Origin: Promethearchaeota archaeon
GTDB taxonomy: Archaea > Asgardarchaeota > Thorarchaeia > Thorarchaeales > Thorarchaeaceae
Direction of reading: 5' to 3'
DNA: 6,751 bases
NCBI GenBank assembly: GCA_027031765.1
Contig: JALVPN010000035.1
Coordinates: forward strand, 1-6,751
Below are positions 1-5,905 of this stretch, one piece after another. Position 1 is the first letter of the stretch, and each line of letters starts with the position of its first letter. The notes below the pieces were generated by a model. It searched no databases, was not told where the DNA came from, and was given only the letters and a program-made list of their open reading frames with translations. The translations under genes were made by a program, and so were the position numbers.

Positions 1-741
1 AGCGCACCCTTCGCTGAAATCGTCCTCGGTGGGCGGACGTACCAGTGGGGCAAGAACACCAGTGCACCCTTCAGTGTGCTCAGCCACACCACTCCAGCAG
101 CCACCTTCTCGTCCGCCTACGAGTCCGACGACGGGCGCATGGCCACTGGCGGGTCCTTCCGGTACACCCAGTACTACCTGACCATCGGCTTCCCAGAGTG
201 GGACGGCTACAGTGTGTTCCAGGACCCCGTGTTCGTGAGCTATGTGTCCAGCAGGGGCACCAGCTCTGTGACCTCCCCCGTCCAGTTCACCGGCCTTGCC
301 CTACGACCTGACGTGCCCACGCCGGACGCCCCAGTCCTGGTCACCATCCGGGTCCTGAGCGACGAGCCCGTGCAGGGCGTCATGCTCTACTACAGCAGCG
401 ACCGGACGAACTGGATTGGCGTGGCCATGACCGCCTCGGAAGACCTGTACAGCGCACAGATCCCGCCGCATCCGATGGGTACACAGGTCTGGTTCTACAT
501 TGTGGCGTCGACCGCAAGTGGTGCGTACCCAAGTGAAACATATAGCTACATCGTGGGACAGGGCACCACTACGGTGACCACCACGAGTGCCACCACAACA
601 GCGTCCACCAACAGTACGGACGGCACTGGGGTGCCCCCACCGGTCGTCCCGTTGGAACTCGTCGCACTGGGTGCGGGCGTGGGCACGGTCGGCGTCGTCA
701 TCGGGGTGTTCGTCCTCAGGAAGCGCCGGCGGCCCGGGTAG
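1..741 (+). CDS. 3' part of a secreted/surface protein with Ig-like beta domain, Thr-rich linker and C-terminal transmembrane anchor (5' truncated by window)
   Basis: Frame 1 is open from base 1 (SAPFAEIVLGGRTYQWGK...) to TAG at 739-741. It shows strong C/G third-position bias. There is a beta-rich module (VLVTIRV...VMLYYS...W...M...YSAQIP...VWFYIVA), then TTTVTTTSATTTASTNST, a hydrophobic helix LVALGAGVGTVGVVIGVFVL and a basic stop-transfer RKRRR. Confidence 0.9.
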   Translation, partial: SAPFAEIVLGGRTYQWGKNTSAPFSVLSHTTPAATFSSAYESDDGRMATGGSFRYTQYYLTIGFPEWDGYSVFQDPVFVSYVSSRGTSSVTSPVQFTGLALRPDVPTPDAPVLVTIRVLSDEPVQGVMLYYSSDRTNWIGVAMTASEDLYSAQIPPHPMGTQVWFYIVASTASGAYPSETYSYIVGQGTTTVTTTSATTTASTNSTDGTGVPPPVVPLELVALGAGVGTVGVVIGVFVLRKRRRPG

Positions 742-762
742 TGGCTGTCACACGCAGGCCCC

Positions 763-1101
763 ATGTCCCCCTCCGGGCCCACCTCTCGACGGCCACTGCA
801 GGACACTAGGCCCATCGAGCGCGGGTCACAGCGTCCATCCCGGAACGTCCGGCTGGTCACCACAGTCCTCCTGTGCCATGACCACACTACTACTGCGTCT
901 GTCCCCCTCGCCGGGAGCAGTCCCCATGGCGTCCTCAGTTGCCCCATCGTCACCCCCGCCACCGGTACCATCATCGGTGCTGCGATTCCTGTCCGCAGGC
1001 CCTGCATCCCTGACAGGGAAGTCCGTGACAAGGACAGCTGCGGCGACGCGGCACAGTCCAGTCCAGAAAGAGGTCGACAGCTGCTCACGATGTATGACTG
1101 A
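763..1101 (+). other. Possible small ORF or degenerate gene remnant in a ~600 bp intergenic gap
   Basis: Coding-like C-ending codon bias over about 850-1050, but no clear RBS or recognisable family. The in-register antisense frame (826-1299) is also open. Confidence 0.25.
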
Positions 1102-1345
1102 CGAGAGGAATGAGCCTGAGACCGGGATGATGCTCACAAAGACGCCTGCACATGTGGCACCTACACGGTTGACACCCGTCGGGATATGTGGGGGCTCTAC
1201 CTCCAACACCTGCAACTGCTCCCGGTACTGAAAGGGTTGCCCAGGTACCTCCGTGGAGTGGCGTAAGCGGTCGTGCCGCCCTTTCTTCGTCCCGAACACT
1301 TATCTGGTGGCATCATCGAGGGCGCCATGCCGGTTGGTGAGCCTA

Positions 1346-2185
1346 GTGGGTCTGGACACGGACGAGATCATGCGGATTGCTCTGGACATGGCAGGCCTCG
1401 ATGAGGTGCCCGGTGATACAGACATCCACGTCCCGGGCAAGGACATCGAGCGTGTGCTCATTGGTATCGACATGGGCACCGCGGAACTCCTCCTTGCACG
1501 TGAGCTGGGCTACGACCTCGTCATTGCGCACCACCCTCCTGGGGGCCGCTCACGGGTGAACTTTGAGAGTGTCGTCCTCCGTCAGATCGACCAGATGGTG
1601 GAGGCAGGTGTACCACCCCACGTTGCTGAGAAGGCGCTGCAGCCAAGGTTGCAGTCCGTCCGCATGCGGACCCATGTCAGCAACTATGACCTCACAGTGT
1701 CAGCAGCACGGCTCCTCAAGATGCCGTTCATGAACATCCACCTCCCACTCGACATAGTGTGCCGGAGGCGGTTCATACGCACAATCGAGGAGCACGTGGG
1801 CGGCAGGAAGGATGCGATTGTAAGCGATGCTATCGATGCCATGATGGAGATCCCGGAGATGAAAATGGGCCTCACACGTCCGGTGGTATATGTCGGCTCA
1901 GAGTCCAACCTCCTGGGACGGTGGGTCGTCGCAATGGCCGGTGGGACCAACGGGGGTGCGGGTGTCGCAAAGGCATACTTCGATGCAGGCTACTCGACCC
2001 TCTTCTACATGCACCTTACAGAAACAGACAGGAAAGAACTACAGGGATACTCCGGGGCCGGGAACCTCGTGGCCACCGGTCACATGGCATCGGACTCTGT
2101 TGGGATCTCGCCGTTCGTGCAGCGCCTCCGCGAACAGGGCCTCGAAGTCACGCCGATGAGCGGGGTCTTCGTCCCCGAGCAGTAG
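1346..2185 (+). CDS. NIF3-like (YbgI/GTP cyclohydrolase 1 type 2 homolog) dinuclear metal-centre protein
   Basis: Motifs GIDMG, VIAHHP, NIHLPLD and TGHMASDS match the NIF3 His-His/Asp/His-x3-acid ligand set. GGTGA at 1336-1340 lies 5 nt before GTG 1346. ATG 1370 is an alternative start; the track's 1253 start is probably too long. Confidence 0.9.
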   Translation: MGLDTDEIMRIALDMAGLDEVPGDTDIHVPGKDIERVLIGIDMGTAELLLARELGYDLVIAHHPPGGRSRVNFESVVLRQIDQMVEAGVPPHVAEKALQPRLQSVRMRTHVSNYDLTVSAARLLKMPFMNIHLPLDIVCRRRFIRTIEEHVGGRKDAIVSDAIDAMMEIPEMKMGLTRPVVYVGSESNLLGRWVVAMAGGTNGGAGVAKAYFDAGYSTLFYMHLTETDRKELQGYSGAGNLVATGHMASDSVGISPFVQRLREQGLEVTPMSGVFVPEQ

Positions 2186-2290
2186 CGTCGAGGGCCCGGA
2201 CAACACACAGCTGCACGTATGTGTGCACATCCCCACCCGACGGGCCCGTGGTGCCGCTGTGTGCGTGAGGGCAGCCCCTGCACTGTCGTG

Positions 2291-2974
2291 CTATGCCTCA
2301 GGGAGTGTCGTTGGAGGGACAACGACCGGCGCTCTCTTTGGGGCCCACGGGTTCGTGAGGGCGAGCGTCGTCAGGAGCATGGACAACAGCATCGTCAGAT
2401 ACGAGATGCTGATGAGACCGTTCTCCTGGAGCCAGACCCTGGTCGCCTGGTTCGCGATTGCCAGCAGGACTGACGCCACCATCAGGTCGCTGCGCACTTC
2501 TCTCAGTCGCTTCGTGTACCAGGTTATGAGGAAGGTCAGGAGGATCCCGATGAAGACCGGGATGATCAGGGGGATAAGGATGGTCATTATCATGGTCTCG
2601 GAGTCGGCCAAGGCCGTGACCACCACCCAGACCACCACGAACAGTGCCATGGCCCTGAGGTGGTACCGCTCGTACCGGGGCAGCCAGATGTTCAACATCA
2701 CACCCAGCATCGGTAGCACGAGGGCACAGATCACAAGGGTACGCACCTTGAACACTGCAAGGCTCATCTCGACGACGCCCAGCTCCGGGAGTATCAGTAT
2801 CAGGAGGCTCGTGGACTGGGCAACGAACGTTATCGCGAACATCAGGGGCAGGTCGGTCAGGATCCGGTGCTCCTGCCTGTACCACACCCGCAGGAGGTAG
2901 GCCGCAAGGAGGACCGACAATATCATAGAGGCCGCAAGTGCCAACAAATCCGTATTGACTGTCTGCAAGGTCAT
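2291..2974 (-). CDS. Hypothetical integral membrane protein, about 7 TM helices, no soluble output domain
   Basis: 227 aa from MTLQTVN... with seven hydrophobic segments separated by short charged loops (RVWYRQEHR, PRYERYHLR, TWYTKRLREVR). GTG 2977 is an alternative start. Convergent with the NIF3 gene. Confidence 0.85.
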   Translation of the reverse strand: MTLQTVNTDLLALAASMILSVLLAAYLLRVWYRQEHRILTDLPLMFAITFVAQSTSLLILILPELGVVEMSLAVFKVRTLVICALVLPMLGVMLNIWLPRYERYHLRAMALFVVVWVVVTALADSETMIMTILIPLIIPVFIGILLTFLITWYTKRLREVRSDLMVASVLLAIANQATRVWLQENGLISISYLTMLLSMLLTTLALTNPWAPKRAPVVVPPTTLPEA

Positions 2975-3026
2975 CACGTCCCATCTAGTGGGTGGCCGGC
3001 CGATGTCTGCGCGGCAGCCCTCCCGC

Positions 3027-4097
3027 CTATTCCTCCTGTGTCCCGACAACGCCACAGTGTGTGTAGTGGGCGTTGCGGGGCGGTCCCGATGATGGTGTGG
3101 TGGTCCCTGCTATGAAAGGCCCCCTGACATGTCCGTCCTCTCTTCCCGGACCCTCAGTGTGGGGGCTCGGGCCCCGTGTCGCCCCACATGATGTGCGTGC
3201 GCGGAGCCTGTTGGTCAGAACCGACATGTCTTCCACATGGTAGTGTGCTACCAGGACCATCAGTACACCCATAGAGGCGATGAACATCAACACCGTGATG
3301 ACCATCAGCGTGGCGTTCGAGAAGACAAAGTCGGGCCCCACAACCGACGGGTCCTCACCCACCTTGAAGTTCTCGTTGAGGAAGTTGAACAGTGTGTGCA
3401 TCATGACGGGGCCCATGAGCGACCGCCCACGTGCAAACCTCGCGTAATAGAGGCCCATGAACACTCCGAGAAGGGCCGACAGCACCACCATTCCCAATGC
3501 CTCGGCCACAGTGAGCAGCCGCCCGACATCGGAGAGGAGCGGCCACGTGAGGTGCCAGAGGCCGAACAAGATGGCTGAGCCAAGCACTGCACGCCCCATG
3601 GTGACCCGCGTCGCAAGTGCGTTCTGTATCAGGCCTCTGAACAGGGCCTCCTCCAGGAGGGCATTTGTCAGGAAGAAGAGTGCCGAGTACGGCAGCAGGT
3701 AGGTGGTGACAACGTACACCGCCAGCGGGTACTGTGGGTCGAACACCCCCGCATAGACCGCTGCCGACGCGACATCGGCGACCAGCCAGATAGAGACACC
3801 GAGCACCAGTCCCATCACGATGTGTGTCCGGAGGTGGTCTTTCGAGAGGCCCAGCACTGTCCTTACCTCACCACGTTGCCTCGACCAGAATACCACGATG
3901 AGGACTAGGAGTGGGAACAGTTTCGATGGCAGGATGTTCAGCCATGTGTCGCCCAGTCGTAGGACGAAAATATCCACTACACGCCATGCGAGCGCAACTG
4001 CAAACAGGACGGATGCGAGTTGCAGCAGGCTGGCCTGTGCCCACGGGGACACCGTCATAGTCTGTCTGCCACTACCACCGACTGCCGATGAGGCCAC
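3027..4097 (-). CDS. CPBP (Abi / type II CAAX protease) family intramembrane glutamic endopeptidase
   Basis: Canonical motifs EEALFRG (EExxxR), FGLWH (FxxxH) and HTLFN (HxxxN/D) in a multi-TM protein. GGTGA at 4103-4107 lies 5 nt before GTG 4097; ATG 4058 is an alternative start. Confidence 0.9.
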   Translation of the reverse strand: MASSAVGGSGRQTMTVSPWAQASLLQLASVLFAVALAWRVVDIFVLRLGDTWLNILPSKLFPLLVLIVVFWSRQRGEVRTVLGLSKDHLRTHIVMGLVLGVSIWLVADVASAAVYAGVFDPQYPLAVYVVTTYLLPYSALFFLTNALLEEALFRGLIQNALATRVTMGRAVLGSAILFGLWHLTWPLLSDVGRLLTVAEALGMVVLSALLGVFMGLYYARFARGRSLMGPVMMHTLFNFLNENFKVGEDPSVVGPDFVFSNATLMVITVLMFIASMGVLMVLVAHYHVEDMSVLTNRLRARTSCGATRGPSPHTEGPGREDGHVRGPFIAGTTTPSSGPPRNAHYTHCGVVGTQEE

Positions 4098-4130
4098 CAA
4101 TCTCACCTGCGGCTGTTCTCCGCCTGCTAC

Positions 4131-4138
4131 AATATAAG
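4131..4138 (-). promoter_or_regulatory. TATA-like box for the CPBP gene
   Basis: CTTATATT on the minus strand in otherwise GC-rich DNA, about 25-30 nt upstream of the GGTGA RBS. Confidence 0.45.
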
Positions 4139-4145
4139 GCCCAAC

Positions 4146-4151
4146 AAAAAA
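4146..4151 (-). terminator. Oligo-T tract, candidate archaeal terminator of dsrEFH
   Basis: GTGTTTTTTGTT on the minus strand about 50 nt after the dsrH stop. Confidence 0.4.
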
Positions 4152-4201
4152 CACTCTTCGGGCCCTGTCCCAGCTCAGGTGGCCCGGCGCCCGCCTGCAC
4201 A

Positions 4202-4501
4202 CTAGAAGCATATCACGCGGTCGTACCGGTCCATTACGAGGTCGACGATCTCAGGGTAGTCGACCAGCTCGAAGTCCGCCACCAGACGGTCACCAATGCC
4301 CCGCTGTTCCACGTGGGGACGCGACACGTACACCTTGACCCCCTCGATGTCTATCTCCTCGGACTCCGGACAGCCCTTGTCCGCAAGGAACACGCCGTCC
4401 TGGGCCAGGAGGATGCCCACCTCATGCCCGTGCTTCTTCAGCGCCTGCAGGGTCTCATCAAGGCTTGAACAGTCCGCTGAGAGCCAGATAAGGAACTTCA
4501 T
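4202..4501 (-). CDS. dsrH: DsrH/TusB family sulfur relay subunit
   Basis: ILLAQDGVF...VYVSRPHVEQRGI...VDYPEIVDLV..YDRVICF fits the DsrH/TusB pattern. It is third in the E-F-H cluster. RBS GAGGAGGT (4511-4518) overlaps the dsrF stop and favours ATG 4501 over ATG 4510. Confidence 0.85.
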   Translation of the reverse strand: MKFLIWLSADCSSLDETLQALKKHGHEVGILLAQDGVFLADKGCPESEEIDIEGVKVYVSRPHVEQRGIGDRLVADFELVDYPEIVDLVMDRYDRVICF

Positions 4502-4516
4502 CCACACCATACCTCC

Positions 4517-4867
4517 TCAGAATGTGATGACGACCTCGGCGTCCTCGAACACCTTCGCAACGCCCTCCTCGTCGAGGACCTCCACACCATCAATCAGCTC
4601 CTCAGGCGAGACCTTGCGCTCCCTGAGTGACCTCTCCGTGGTACAGATCCTGCCGTCGAAACTCCTGTACGTCGACTTGAACATCCTGATTGGGAGGTCG
4701 TCCATCCCTCGTAGCAGAGCATAGACACCGTCCGCCATGAACAGCATCGTCGGCTCGTGATCCATGCCGAACATGCCCACAGCCGCCCGCCACCCCTCAA
4801 AGTTGATGATCTTGCCGTACGGCTTGCTCCTGATGAGAATTAGTACGTTCCGTTCGGTGAACTCCAC
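4517..4867 (-). CDS. dsrF: DsrF/TusC family sulfur relay subunit
   Basis: VLILIRSKPYG...EGWRAA...LFMADGVYALL...SLRER...VVITF fits the DsrF/TusC pattern. GGAGGAGG (4874-4881) lies 6 nt before GTG 4867. Confidence 0.85.
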   Translation of the reverse strand: MEFTERNVLILIRSKPYGKIINFEGWRAAVGMFGMDHEPTMLFMADGVYALLRGMDDLPIRMFKSTYRSFDGRICTTERSLRERKVSPEELIDGVEVLDEEGVAKVFEDAEVVITF

Positions 4868-4886
4868 TGCGTTCCTCCTCCTGTCC

Positions 4887-5258
4887 TCACATCCCCAGCG
4901 TGATGAACCGGTCACACTCACCGACTATCTCTGCGAGCTCCGTCAGCCCCGTCACCTCGACACCACTGATAAAGTCCGCACCGCCCTGGTCGAAGCCCCT
5001 CGCACTGGTGCACAGGCCACACGCTTGGAACTCGACACCCATGTCTGCAAGCTCCTGCAGCCGGTCGTTCATGGGCCGGTCTGGGTCTGGGTCCTGGCCC
5101 AGTTTGGCATTGTTCACACCGTCAACGAACAGGAAGACCTTCACCTCGTGACCCTTCTCCACGGCCGCTCTGGCGAGCTCGTACAGCGTCTCACTGTTCT
5201 GGTACGTGTATGGGCCGCTGAGCAACAGTATACCCAGTGTCTTAGAACTCACCTGCAT
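4887..5258 (-). CDS. dsrE: DsrE/TusD family sulfur relay subunit with CxxC
   Basis: LGILLLSGPY...VFLFVDGV...ACGLCTSARG...GLTELAE..GECDRFITL. The first Cys aligns with the persulfide Cys of the TusD/DsrE C-x6-RG motif. GGAG precedes the ATG. Confidence 0.9.
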   Translation of the reverse strand: MQVSSKTLGILLLSGPYTYQNSETLYELARAAVEKGHEVKVFLFVDGVNNAKLGQDPDPDRPMNDRLQELADMGVEFQACGLCTSARGFDQGGADFISGVEVTGLTELAEIVGECDRFITLGM

Positions 5259-5297
5259 TCAACTCCAGATGTGCCGCGCCCATGTCAGCCGGCGTGG

Positions 5298-5311
5298 TTA
5301 AAAAATGTAAG
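5298..5311 (-). promoter_or_regulatory. AT-rich TATA-like element upstream of dsrE
   Basis: CTTACATTTTTTAA on the minus strand, about 40 nt upstream of the dsrE ATG; it is the main AT-rich island in the interval. Confidence 0.45.
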
Positions 5312-5530
5312 GGCCCGGCAATGTCACCACCCACCTCCGGGACGACAGGGGCGGTCTCAGGTCGCGACCCAGTATAGTGTGTGCACCCCTACTACTCCGG
5401 AGTTCGCCGGCACCAAGACGGGCTCTTCAAGTGCACTCCGTCCGTACGGTGTTCTGGAGTTGGTTGCCGGGTGCTGACTGTGAGCACATGGTGGGTTTCA
5501 GTGGACAGAAGTGTGCTCCCCGGGACGCAC

Positions 5531-5603
5531 AGGAGATGGAGAAGAAGGGAAAAAAGAGAGGTGGGGGTGTTGGACAGGGCTTGCTGGCCCTGTCCTTGGC
5601 CCC
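5531..5603 (-). terminator. Hairpin plus pyrimidine/T6 tract after the small peptide ORF
   Basis: Perfect 9-bp inverted repeat GGACAGGGC (5572-5580) / GCCCTGTCC (5587-5595) with a 6-nt loop, extendable by GGGG/CCCC. On the minus strand it is followed by CTCTCTTTTTTCCCTTCTTCTCC. Confidence 0.6.
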
Positions 5604-5607
5604 TGTT

Positions 5608-5691
5608 TCAGAACGGATAGTCCGGGCTCGGGTCAGCAGGCACGCTGAAGGGGTAGTCCGGGCTCGGGTCAGCAGGTACGTTGTGCTCCAT
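5608..5691 (-). CDS. 27-aa small protein with two tandem 12-aa units (MEHNVPADPSPDYPFSVPADPSPDYPF); candidate repeat-core peptide precursor
   Basis: GGTGAT (5698-5703) lies 6 nt before ATG 5691. Three of the four differences between repeat copies are synonymous in this frame. TGA follows the second unit directly, then a hairpin and T-tract. In-frame GTG starts at 5733/5736 would add an acidic leader (DEPAHTHDTGDTL). Confidence 0.65.
   Translation of the reverse strand: MEHNVPADPSPDYPFSVPADPSPDYPF
5611..5682. repeat. Tandem duplication, 2 x 36 bp, 32/36 identical
   Basis: gaacggatagtccgggctcgggtcagcaggcacgct (5611-5646) versus gaaggggtagtccgggctcgggtcagcaggtacgtt (5647-5682), with a 23-bp perfect core. 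Confidence 0.95.
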
Positions 5692-5905
5692 CAGTGTATC
5701 ACCGGTGTCGTGTGTGTGCGCTGGCTCATCCACCACCCCGCAGACACAGCGGCAACCGGGAGGCCCCTGCTGCAAGACCCTTGCACCAGGACGCAGCCTC
5801 GCTGCACCAGAATGAATGAGCATAATAGGGCCCGTGCACAACGTAACGTGTCACACCGGGCAACGGCCACCACGCCGTGGCCGCCCGACTGAAGAGGAGT
5901 GCGTA

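Noticed and set aside
1-76. Near-repeat agcgcacccttcgctg / agtgcacccttcagtg 60 bp apart
   Set aside because: Short, within the coding sequence (SAPF twice), with no further periodicity.
742-1345. tRNA, SRP or RNase P RNA in the intergenic gaps (also checked 5260-5905)
   Set aside because: No cloverleaf/T-loop (GTTCRA) or RNase P/SRP signature recognised by eye; an Rfam scan would be needed to exclude them fully.
2223-3702. Several overlapping alternative-frame ORFs (e.g. 2223-2900, 2298-2984, 3237-3578, 3457-3702)
   Set aside because: Shadow ORFs of the membrane-protein genes, expected in high-GC DNA.
4887-4889. dsrE TGA as selenocysteine
   Set aside because: It falls at the normal family C-terminus and is followed directly by the dsrF RBS; the catalytic positions are already Cys.
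5611-5646. SVPADPSPDYPF as a lasso peptide core (Ser1, Asp9)
   Set aside because: The 3-residue tail is too short to thread, and no lasso cyclase or peptidase is in the window.
5611-5682. 36-bp repeat as a mini CRISPR array
   Set aside because: The units are directly adjacent with no unique spacers, there are only two copies, and no cas genes are present; divergence follows a codon pattern.
5691-5873. 60-aa minus ORF whose TGA overlaps the peptide ATG (TGATG)
   Set aside because: Suggests coupling, but there is no clear RBS or family and the composition looks random; probably chance.
5377-5892. Plus-strand ORF reading the repeat as VRARVSR x2
   Set aside because: All four repeat differences are non-synonymous in this frame, it crosses the purine tract and hairpin, and it has no RBS.
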